NCBI GenBank assembly: GCA_963717145.1
Contig: OY970325.1
Span: 128,001-192,000, forward strand
Length of the DNA stretch: 64,000 bases
DNA from: an uncultured Armatimonadetes bacterium
GTDB taxonomy: Bacteria > Armatimonadota > UBA5829 > DTJY01
Reading direction: 5' to 3'
Shown: positions 51,574-64,000 of the stretch, piece by piece
How the letters are laid out: the number at the start of each line of letters is the position of its first letter
Numbering within the stretch: position 1 is the stretch's first letter
The notes under the pieces: generated by a model
Databases searched by the model: none
Told to the model about the DNA's origin: nothing
What the model saw: only the letters and a program-made list of their open reading frames with translations
Program-made: the position numbers and the translations under genes

Positions 51574-52443
51574 GTGAAGTACGCCTTCATCGCTGCTCAA
51601 GACGGCCGCTTCAGGATCGGGACGATCTGCGGGGTGCTCGGTGTGAGCCGGAGCGGCTACTACGCGTGGCAGGGGCGTCCCGAAAGCGATCGCGCCAGGA
51701 AGAACGAGAAGCTGCTCACACGGATCAGGGAGGTCCACGCCGAGAGCAGAGACACCTACGGTAGCCCGAGGGTTCACATACGGCTTCGGCAGGCGGGTGA
51801 GACCTGCAGCAGAGGCCGTGTGGCCAGGCTCATGACAGCAAACGGAATCCGCGCAAGACAGAAACGGAAGTTCCGTGTTACGACTAACTCCAGGCACAAC
51901 CAGCCTGTGGCGGCGAATCTGCTCAAGAGAAACTTCGAGGTAGCCAGACCGAACAGTGTCTGGGTAAGCGACATAACGTATGTGCATACCCGTGAGGGTT
52001 GGCTCTATCTTTCGGCGGTGATGGATCTTTACTCGCGCCAGATAGTGGGCTGGTCGATGAAAGAGACGCTTGGGAGTGTGCTCGCAAGTGAGGCGCTCAG
52101 GATGGCATACAAGAACAGAAGACCGGTCGGCGAAGTCATCCATCATTCGGATCGAGGGTGTCAGTACGCGAGCGGCGAATTTCGTAGGCTTCTCGAAGCC
52201 TACGAAATTCGAGCCAGCATGAGCGGCGCCGGGAACTGCTATGACAACGCCCCGATGGAGAGCTTCTTTGCGACGCTTAAGGCCGAGCTGATACATCATC
52301 GAACATACTCCTCACGAGAGGAAGCGAGATCTGATATCTTCGAGTACATCGAAGTGTTCTACAATCGGCAGCGACTCCACTCGAGCCTCGGCTATCGGAG
52401 TCCCGCCGACTTCGAGGCGGCCGCTCTCGAACGAGCGGCCTAG
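51574..52443 (+). CDS. IS3 OrfB (DDE integrase core), copy 1
   Basis: YGSPR, WVSDITY, HHSDRG.QY, DNA.MESFF. Confidence 0.92.
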   Translation: MKYAFIAAQDGRFRIGTICGVLGVSRSGYYAWQGRPESDRARKNEKLLTRIREVHAESRDTYGSPRVHIRLRQAGETCSRGRVARLMTANGIRARQKRKFRVTTNSRHNQPVAANLLKRNFEVARPNSVWVSDITYVHTREGWLYLSAVMDLYSRQIVGWSMKETLGSVLASEALRMAYKNRRPVGEVIHHSDRGCQYASGEFRRLLEAYEIRASMSGAGNCYDNAPMESFFATLKAELIHHRTYSSREEARSDIFEYIEVFYNRQRLHSSLGYRSPADFEAAALERAA

Positions 52444-52516
52444 GTGATCTGTCCACGAAAACTGATCTTGCCTCGAATTAGTGGGCACCGGATAATAAGA
52501 GATGAGGTGACCCAAG

Positions 52517-52794
52517 ATGAAGAGGCAGTATTCAGAAAGCTTCAAGGCGGAGGCGGTGAAGTTGGCTTTTTCCGGCAGGGCGAGCAAAGCTCGGATCGCA
52601 AAGGAACTGGGAGTCAACATCAACAGCCTGGACGCCTGGATCAGGAAGTACAAGGAGAGCCTGGGAGAGATCGATCCCAGGAAGAGAGAGTCCCTTGAGG
52701 ACGAAGTGAAGCGTCTCCGCAAGGAGAACGATCTCCTCCGAGAGGAGAGAGACATATTAAAAAAAGCGGCGGCGTACTTTGCGAGGGAGCAGCA

Positions 52795-52798
<4 letters not shown>
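52517..52798 (+). CDS. IS3 OrfA
   Basis: YS..FK.EAV HTH, LREERDILKKAA. Confidence 0.92.
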
Positions 52799-56998
<4,200 letters not shown>

Positions 56999-57055
56999 TG
57001 CTCCGGGTGGGTATGAACGCGGTGTCAGTCCGAATACGCGAAAGGAGAAGAAGCT

Positions 57056-57583
57056 ATGGAAGCGATGAGGAAGGACACTGCTGAACTGCAACCGACGATG
57101 GTGGCGACCAAGCCCCAGAAGGAGCACGAGTGGCTGCAGAAACTCGTCGGCGAGTGGACGTTCGAGGGCGAAGCTTCGATGGAGCCCGGGATGCCGAGTG
57201 AGGAGTTCACGGGGACCGAGAGCGTGCGGCCGATCGGTGACCTCTGGATCGTCGCCGAGGCACGGATCGACGCGCCGGGCATGGCGCCGATGATCAACGT
57301 GCTGACGCTCGGCTTCGACCCGCAGAAGGGGCGATTCGTCGGCACGTTCGTCGCGTCGATGATGACGTACCTCTGGGTCTACGACGGCGAACTCGACCCG
57401 AACGGTCGGACGCTGCACCTCTACAGCACGGGCCCCACGATGGGTCCCTCGGGGAAGACGGTCTCATTCCGGGAGTCGATCGAGTTCGTGAGCGACGACG
57501 AGCGGATATGGCGTTCGACGATGCAGGCCGATGACGGCGACTGGCAGGAGGTCATGAGGTCGGACTACCGGCGGAAGAGGTAG
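57056..57583 (+). CDS. DUF1579-like protein
   Basis: P..EH..L..LVGEW, G.D.....FVGT...SM. Confidence 0.78.
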   Translation: MEAMRKDTAELQPTMVATKPQKEHEWLQKLVGEWTFEGEASMEPGMPSEEFTGTESVRPIGDLWIVAEARIDAPGMAPMINVLTLGFDPQKGRFVGTFVASMMTYLWVYDGELDPNGRTLHLYSTGPTMGPSGKTVSFRESIEFVSDDERIWRSTMQADDGDWQEVMRSDYRRKR

Positions 57584-57631
57584 CTGAGGACCCGAATGGA
57601 GTGCGGCGGTGTCCAGCCACCGCACTCCGGT

Positions 57632-60600
57632 CTAATCGAACACGACGATGTCCGACTGGGATCGCACGCGGATGAGTGGATAGTAGTCCGCCCCCGACTT
57701 GATCATGGAGCTGATCCCCGTCACTTCCACATGCTTGCCCAGAGCCGGCTTGATTGTCCCGGCGGGTACGATGACTTTGATTCCACGGTATCCGGAGGCG
57801 TCAGTGACTCTCGACCCGTCGGAGACCACGAATGTCGCGCCGGCCGGACTATACGTCACCAGGCCGGTCGTCCTGATGAGCAAGCCGATGTTGTTGAGGT
57901 GGATGTTCCCCGCGAACCCCATCTGTCCCGCACCCGTGCCGGCATCATACCTCCATGCGGCGCCGCCCAGACACTCCATGTTCAGACCCAGTGGATATGC
58001 GGTACCCGTATCCCAGGGGGGCTCTGATTGAGCGGCGGTCGTGGCCAGAATATATCGCTCTCCATGCGTATAGGTCTTCATTGTGCCGCTCAGGTCCACT
58101 CTCATCCCGACGGTGAACGTGTGTCCGGATTTGTCCACCCGGATGCCCGAAGACCGGTGGTCAGCCTGTATATAGAAGTACCCTGGGAACGCGGCCGAGA
58201 CCAACGCCCGGGTGATGACGACCGGCGCTTCGTTCGGCAGGGTCTTGATGTCTCCCGGGGACACGGATGAGTCGATCTGGAAGTCCGCGCTCTTCACCGC
58301 GCTGGCCGGTGAGCCCTCCTTGTACGCCCGCGCCTTGAGCGTGACACTGGCGTTCAATAGCACCGGTTCGGCGTAGACGGGGTCGCTTTCCGTTGGGTCG
58401 ATGCCGCTCGTGGTATAGTGAATCGTTGCGCCGGGCGTGGCGCAGTTGATCGTCACGCTCTGCGCGGAGCCGAACACCCCGCCGTCGGGGCTGAAGGTCG
58501 GCATGTGGACGGGCACTACGTAGACGGCGGTGGCCACATCACTCGTATTCCAATCGGTCTTCCATGCCCTGGCTTTGAGCGTCAGATTCTCGTCCACCAG
58601 CAGCGGACTGCTGTAGAGAGCGTCAGACCCCGCCGGATCGATGCCGTTCACCGTATAGCGGATGGTGACACCGGGTATCACGCAGTTGATCGTCACGCTC
58701 TGGGCGGACGAATACGTGCCGCCGCCAGGATCGAAGGTCGGCGTGTCTAGCTTAGGCAGGATAGTGTAGACCGCGCTCTTGACGGCACTCGGCGTCCAGT
58801 TAACCTTAAAAGCCCTCGCCTTCAGTATCTCACCCTCCTGGGTCTGCACCGGATTCACGAATTCAGGATCGCTCTCTGTCGGATCGATCCCATCTGTCGT
58901 GTAGCGAATGGTTGCGCCGGGCGTCAAGGAAATCATATACACGCGTGGCGCAGAGTGATATGCGCCACCTTCCGGGGAGAATATCGGAGTGCTCACAGCG
59001 GGTGGAGTCCAACTGCCGGGGTATTCGTCCGCACCCACATCCACGACCCCGCCAACGATCCTGTCTTGCCCATCCATGTCCGTTAAGGGAAGGCCCGGCG
59101 CGCCGCCCCAACCGGCATCGATGCACGGCGAAGGCGTCGTGAGGTGGGCATCTCCACTCGTGGGATCGAACAGCAGCGGATCGAGAGAAATGTCTCCCGT
59201 CCCGGCTGAGAGCCCGGAGTACTCGTAGCCGGAGTTTCCGTATACGCAGTTGTTGCGAAGGGTAGGAGTGCCTCCGGTGCTGTATATCCCTCCCCCTGAG
59301 TTGGAAGCCACGATGTTGTTCGAGATGGAAGGCGAGGCGGCGCCACTGTAGATTCCGCCCCCTCCGACTGCGGTGTTCCCGAAGACGCTGTTATTGGTAA
59401 TAATCGGCCAGGAGACCGACGAGTCGTCACAGCCAATGCCACCGCCGAGAGGCGCGGTGTTGCCTGTGATCGTATTGTTGATGATAGTCGGCGAGGCGCC
59501 AAACTCGCATCCGATCCCGCCGCCAATGCCATTGATGGAGGCTGCATTCCCGGTGATCAGGTTGTTAGCGACAATCGGTGACGAAGCGAGGCATGAGACC
59601 CCGCCGCCCACGCCCCAATGGGGATTGGCCCCTCCGCGAATCATGAAGCCATCTATTCTACTCACCAGATAACCGCTGTAGGATGCGCTGACGACTGCGC
59701 GCCCCACTCCCAGAAGCACGGATCTGTTCACTACCCAGTTCCTCTGATCCCTGGCAGTCTCCGTCCCGACAAATCCGCCGTAGAGGTAGACGTACGGATA
59801 CGTCTCGATGCCTTCGCTGTAAACGCCTTCCCTGACCCATACCTCTCCGCCCTGCCCTCTTGCCGCTCTAAGCGCCGCCTGCACCGTCTGCTTCGCAAGA
59901 GCCCAACTCGAGCCGTCGTTTGCGTCGCTGCCTGAGGGGCTCACTCGGACGATGGCATATGGTCCTGGCGGCCAGGCTGTCCCATTGAACTCGTCAGCCC
60001 CTATATCGACTGTGCCGTCTTGGACTCTTGTCTGGCCGTCGATGTCCGTCGAAGGGATCCCCGGCGCGCTGTTCAGACCCTTGTTCACGCATGGGGATCC
60101 AGGCAGTATGTGAAGATTCCCGTACGCCCTGTCGACAAGCTGAGGATCGGCGGAGATGTTGTCCGACCTGTTAAGGGTTCCGGAGTAGTCGTACCTGGCG
60201 TTACCATACACGCAATTGTACCACACGACGGGAGACCCACTGCCTTCCTGCGCCAACACGCCTGATTGATTGAAGGCAACAATGTTGTTGCGAACGACTG
60301 GCGAGGAGTAGGCGTCGCAGCGCACACCATCGCCATTGTTGGCGACAATCGTGTTATTCGTGATCGTCGCCGAGGACTCCGCGCAGCCGATACCGTCTCC
60401 ACTATTCGCAGCGACGATGTTGTTGGTAATGATCGGGGAACCCCGCGCGCACCATATCCCGGACCCCCAGTTCTCCGTGATGAGATTGTTTGCGATTGTC
60501 GGAGAAGATTCCCAACACGCGACGCCTCCGCCGCCGCCTGGAGGCCAGCCCCTGCGTATCGTGAAGCCGTCTATGATCGTGCTGGCGGCTGCGCCTGCAG

Positions 60601-60961
60601 GGGCACTCACGGTGTCGGCCTGCCAGCCGCTTCCGTCCAGGATGGTCTCGTTCGCCCTGGGGCGCCTCTGCTCCCTTAAGGTTTCGGTACCCATGAAGCC
60701 GCCGTAGAGCCCCGCGCCCAGTTTGAGGGTGACGTTCTCTATGTACAAACCCTTGGAGACCCACACTTCATCGCCGGAGGAGGCAGCGTCCAGCCCTTGC
60801 TGGACTTTGTGGTAAGCGTTCGCCCACGAGGTCCCGTCGAACGTCGGGCCGGGGGAGTCATACTTGACGTAGACGATCGCGGACGATCCCAATGACGTGA
60901 CCGTGAGAAGCAGGGTCGCTGCAAGCAGAACCTGAAGGAGTCTCGGTCGATTCATCTGCAT
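57632..60961 (-). CDS. Large secreted right-handed beta-helix protein with three chitobiase/FN3-associated repeats
   Basis: Two DG.SW..A..Q modules with GGG..C..SP.I.NN repeats; PTF.P.GG..TI.YT..G.DP repeats. Confidence 0.82.
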   Translation of the reverse strand: MQMNRPRLLQVLLAATLLLTVTSLGSSAIVYVKYDSPGPTFDGTSWANAYHKVQQGLDAASSGDEVWVSKGLYIENVTLKLGAGLYGGFMGTETLREQRRPRANETILDGSGWQADTVSAPAGAAASTIIDGFTIRRGWPPGGGGGVACWESSPTIANNLITENWGSGIWCARGSPIITNNIVAANSGDGIGCAESSATITNNTIVANNGDGVRCDAYSSPVVRNNIVAFNQSGVLAQEGSGSPVVWYNCVYGNARYDYSGTLNRSDNISADPQLVDRAYGNLHILPGSPCVNKGLNSAPGIPSTDIDGQTRVQDGTVDIGADEFNGTAWPPGPYAIVRVSPSGSDANDGSSWALAKQTVQAALRAARGQGGEVWVREGVYSEGIETYPYVYLYGGFVGTETARDQRNWVVNRSVLLGVGRAVVSASYSGYLVSRIDGFMIRGGANPHWGVGGGVSCLASSPIVANNLITGNAASINGIGGGIGCEFGASPTIINNTITGNTAPLGGGIGCDDSSVSWPIITNNSVFGNTAVGGGGIYSGAASPSISNNIVASNSGGGIYSTGGTPTLRNNCVYGNSGYEYSGLSAGTGDISLDPLLFDPTSGDAHLTTPSPCIDAGWGGAPGLPLTDMDGQDRIVGGVVDVGADEYPGSWTPPAVSTPIFSPEGGAYHSAPRVYMISLTPGATIRYTTDGIDPTESDPEFVNPVQTQEGEILKARAFKVNWTPSAVKSAVYTILPKLDTPTFDPGGGTYSSAQSVTINCVIPGVTIRYTVNGIDPAGSDALYSSPLLVDENLTLKARAWKTDWNTSDVATAVYVVPVHMPTFSPDGGVFGSAQSVTINCATPGATIHYTTSGIDPTESDPVYAEPVLLNASVTLKARAYKEGSPASAVKSADFQIDSSVSPGDIKTLPNEAPVVITRALVSAAFPGYFYIQADHRSSGIRVDKSGHTFTVGMRVDLSGTMKTYTHGERYILATTAAQSEPPWDTGTAYPLGLNMECLGGAAWRYDAGTGAGQMGFAGNIHLNNIGLLIRTTGLVTYSPAGATFVVSDGSRVTDASGYRGIKVIVPAGTIKPALGKHVEVTGISSMIKSGADYYPLIRVRSQSDIVVFD

Positions 60962-61049
60962 AACCTCCGAATACGGACTGGTCTTGCAGGAGTATCAGGC
61001 CCAGGCGCGAGGTAGAATGAGCAGCCCGCCGGGAAATGATATCCTATCC

Positions 61050-61078
61050 ATTATGCCCCGCAAGCGTCGCCTTGTCAA
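61050..61078 (-). promoter_or_regulatory. sigma70-type promoter TTGACA-N17-CATAAT
   Basis: Upstream of the 60961 start. Confidence 0.55.
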
Positions 61079-61183
61079 CATGCAGGCTGAAAAACCGGTA
61101 GTATTACCGGGTACCCAGTCTCCGGTTTGGAAATGGAGACAAGCGGGAAAAGGGTATCAAGCTCAGCACACAGGAGGAATGAA

Positions 61184-61609
61184 ATGCGCAAACTGAGAAT
61201 CATCATCCCGATCATCGTCGCTCTCGCGATCGGTTTCACCGTGGGTGTCACCAGTACCCAGGGTGCGAACGTCCTGAAGGGCGCGGTCATCGCCGTCCTC
61301 GTCGACCAGTTCTCCGGCCAGCTCAACAAGGCGGTCAACAGCCTGACCGCGAACAAGAAGATGCCGTCGAACCTCTCGACCAAGGTTGTTCCGATCCTCT
61401 CGATCGGCTCGGGGGCATACGTCGGCGCGGCGCAGGTCAGCGGCTCGAAGGCCAGCGTGAACCAGGTCAAAGCGGTCGGCCAGTTGGAGACCGGATTCGG
61501 CAAGCAGTTCCGCATCAAGGCGCTCGTGCCGATCAACGTGCGCTCGGTAACGAACATCAAGCGCATCCAGGGCGTGGGTGTCAGCGCGATCATCGACGTG
61601 AAGATTTAG
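61184..61609 (+). CDS. Secreted hypothetical protein
   Basis: RBS, signal peptide, strong codon bias, TKVVPILSIG.G..VGAAQVSG. Confidence 0.75.
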   Translation: MRKLRIIIPIIVALAIGFTVGVTSTQGANVLKGAVIAVLVDQFSGQLNKAVNSLTANKKMPSNLSTKVVPILSIGSGAYVGAAQVSGSKASVNQVKAVGQLETGFGKQFRIKALVPINVRSVTNIKRIQGVGVSAIIDVKI

Positions 61610-61621
61610 CCTCCCGCATGG

Positions 61622-61688
61622 CGCTGTCATTCTGGGCGGAGCGAGTAGTCCCGCAACAGGCTTTTCGCCTCCGCCCGGAATGACAGCC
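61622..61688. repeat. Degenerate GTCATTCTG-family REP hairpin
   Basis: GCTGTCATTCTGGGCGGAG..CTCCGCCCGGAATGACAGC; same family as the MITE cargo at ~22925. Confidence 0.7.
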
Positions 61689-61696
61689 GTGGGCCA

Positions 61697-63643
61697 TCAA
61701 CCATTCCCCAGGCGGATTTCCATCAGGCACTCGGCGCAATCGAAGCGGAGTTCGAGGCGGTGCCCTTCCTCATCGACGAGCGAGAGCGCCCCGGATCGAG
61801 TCCGGGGTTGCGCCCCGTCCTTTGGGCATAGTCCGAGTTGGTGCTTGATGCAGTAGCGCGTCGTCATCACGCGTCGTCCGCGCATGTCGAGCCCTGACTC
61901 GGCTGCGGGTTCGATCTTCGTCACGCCGTGCCGCCGGTAGAACTCCTCGGCCTTGCGATTCAGCACGTTCCCCTCGAAGGTCAGGTCGGTCGCGGGGTAG
62001 GGGACGTCGTTCCGGATCGATCCTCCCTCCAGTCGCGGTCGGTTCTCTTCGCGGACCGTCGAGAGTTCCTCCAAGACTCCGCGCCGCAGCGAGTTCAGCG
62101 CCGAGATCGGTACGAACGGAACCTCCGGCAGATCAATCTCAACCTCCGGGGCCTCGAAGTCAGTGCCCCCCATCTTGGTCAGTTGTCTGCGGATGTTCTC
62201 AAGCGCCTGATCGGGCTTCTGCGCGGTCTCCCTCTCGCACGGGATCGTGAACTCTGCCGCGTTGCCATCCTCATCGACCGCCGTGATTGTCAGGCCGTCG
62301 GGCGACTCGCTCAGCGTCAGGGCGACCCCGATCTTCCTCTCGGGCTGTGACTTCTCCAGGCGCGTAAGGAACTCGTGGTCGTGATTGCGGTAGATCATCG
62401 TGCCCGGCTCGATGCTGACCGGCTTGTCGGTCACAACCGTCCGGCCCTTGACGCCGTTGACGACCGTGCCCCTGAGCCTGCACTGGCGGTCGAACCAGGT
62501 GATTCCATCGCCGTTGTGGAGCGGGATATCCGTGTCGATCATCACGTCTCGGCGGCTGACCCTGATCACCGGCCCGATCGGTTCGCCGATCATCTTGGGG
62601 GTGTCGGGCGAGCCGATCCTGTCGGTCCGCCCGTGGAGGAAGTAGTCGGTGTATCCGCGGTTGAATGTCTTGGCCAGGTCCGGCGTGAAGTCGATCGTGC
62701 TCCGACCGGAGGAAGTACGCTTTGGGGGCGCGCCTTGTGCCGCCTTACCTGCGCTACTCCGTAGGGGCGATCCTTCAACGGTCGCCCGTTGTACAGCGTC
62801 CGGCGGCACAAAGCGCGCCCCTACAACGTGGCGGGCGACCGTTGAAGGATCGCCCCTACGGAGCACTTTGTCTAACTCCTGGCGGTAATATGAGACAACA
62901 TTGGTCACATAGGCCTTGTCCTTCAGCCGGCCCTCGATCTTGAACGAGCAGACGCCCGCATCGATCAGCTCGCCAAGATGCTCGGAGAGGTTGAAGTCGC
63001 GGAGGGAGAGCAGGTGCTTCCGGTACTCCAGGACCTTGTCGCTCCGGTCGATCAGCTTGTAGGGCTTGCGACACGGCTGAGCGCACTGCCCCCGGTTGCC
63101 ACTCCGACCGCCGAGCGCATAGCTGAGGTAGCACTGCCCGCTGTAACAAACGCAGAGCGCTCCGTGGATGAAGCACTCCAGCTCGATGTCGGTGGCGGCC
63201 CGGATCGCGCGGATCTCATCGAGCGTCAACTCCCGCGCCAGGATCGCCCGCTTGATGCCGACTTTGCCAAGGAATGCGACCCGTTCGGGCGTGTTGTTGT
63301 GCATCTGAGTGCTCGCGATGAGGGGGATCGGCGGGAGGTCGCACTCCAGGAGGCCGGCGTCCTGGATGATCAGGCCGTCGATCCCGATGTCGTGGAGCTG
63401 CTCGATCAGCCGTACCGCCTGGGGGATCTCATCGTCGCGCAGGATGGTGTTCACCGTTGCATAGACTTTCGCCCAGAACTTGTGCGCGTGCCTCAGGAGT
63501 TCGGCGATGTCGTCGAGGCTGTTCCCGGCGGATTCGCGCGCGCCGAACCGTGCAGCGCCGATGTACACGGCATCGGCGCCGCAGTCGATCGCCGCTATCC
63601 CGCATTCCAAGTCTTTGGCAGGCGCCAGTAGTTCGATTGTCAT
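61697..63643 (-). CDS. U32 'peptidase' family protein (RlhA-like RNA hydroxylation protein)
   Basis: ELLAPA, GADAVYIG, HGALC..YSGQC, NRG.CAQ.CR, KIEGR; long C-terminal domain. Confidence 0.88.
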   Translation of the reverse strand: MTIELLAPAKDLECGIAAIDCGADAVYIGAARFGARESAGNSLDDIAELLRHAHKFWAKVYATVNTILRDDEIPQAVRLIEQLHDIGIDGLIIQDAGLLECDLPPIPLIASTQMHNNTPERVAFLGKVGIKRAILARELTLDEIRAIRAATDIELECFIHGALCVCYSGQCYLSYALGGRSGNRGQCAQPCRKPYKLIDRSDKVLEYRKHLLSLRDFNLSEHLGELIDAGVCSFKIEGRLKDKAYVTNVVSYYRQELDKVLRRGDPSTVARHVVGARFVPPDAVQRATVEGSPLRSSAGKAAQGAPPKRTSSGRSTIDFTPDLAKTFNRGYTDYFLHGRTDRIGSPDTPKMIGEPIGPVIRVSRRDVMIDTDIPLHNGDGITWFDRQCRLRGTVVNGVKGRTVVTDKPVSIEPGTMIYRNHDHEFLTRLEKSQPERKIGVALTLSESPDGLTITAVDEDGNAAEFTIPCERETAQKPDQALENIRRQLTKMGGTDFEAPEVEIDLPEVPFVPISALNSLRRGVLEELSTVREENRPRLEGGSIRNDVPYPATDLTFEGNVLNRKAEEFYRRHGVTKIEPAAESGLDMRGRRVMTTRYCIKHQLGLCPKDGAQPRTRSGALSLVDEEGHRLELRFDCAECLMEIRLGNG

Positions 63644-64000
63644 AACATCTCCAGTCGACGGAGGTCGACTTCGTGCCCTCGTTGCCGCGACTTCAGTCGC
63701 CCGGTCAACGCCCATTATACCTCATCCCCAGGTTTTGCGATCACGGGCACTCCGGACGTAACAGTTCACGCTTGGGGATAACGAGTTTGATCAGGCAGGG
63801 AAGAGGACAGACTTGCCTGCGAGCAGTTGCCTGCATGATTCGAGCATGTCCAGACCCCTGACGTGCCATGTGCCAAACAGACTCATGAGCGTCATCTTTG
63901 TCTCGGAACCCTTCGCGCTTCGTGTGCCTCCGCATACCTTGCGGGCGATCACACACGGCCTCAGCGCTCGTTCTGCGCCATTGTTGTCCGACGGTACTTC

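Noticed and set aside
63730-64000. Possible ncRNA or ORF at the window end
   Set aside because: No recognisable motif; context truncated

Overview
High-GC bacterial chromosomal window. PEP-CTERM proteins, a DUF1559/H-X9-DG protein and UroD/MttB paralogues suggest Armatimonadota or a similar anaerobe, which is an inference. Patches of indels split several genes and look like long-read consensus errors. Gene content: queG, a co-oriented E1 dehydrogenase-HicAB-GH4-2x MttB-UroD cluster, NHL/ResB, argC, a monoheme beta-barrel, a giant multicopper oxidase, three PEP-CTERM proteins, a Tat sulfatase, tmRNA, a PIN module, a GH2 beta-galactosidase and a U32 protein. The most striking content is non-coding or mobile DNA. 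(1) A ~62-bp structured repeat beginning with the tmRNA 3'-end sequence occurs twice downstream of tmRNA and delimits small integrase-less gene segments, a candidate tmRNA-anchored cassette array. (2) Two MITEs (ISKra4-type and IS66-type ends, exact target duplications) each carry a hairpin and sit just upstream of a sigma70 -35 box. (3) GTAG-type REP palindromes are inserted in frame in protein genes or supply stop codons. (4) A nested IS3::IS66/IS3 stack has all three target duplications readable.
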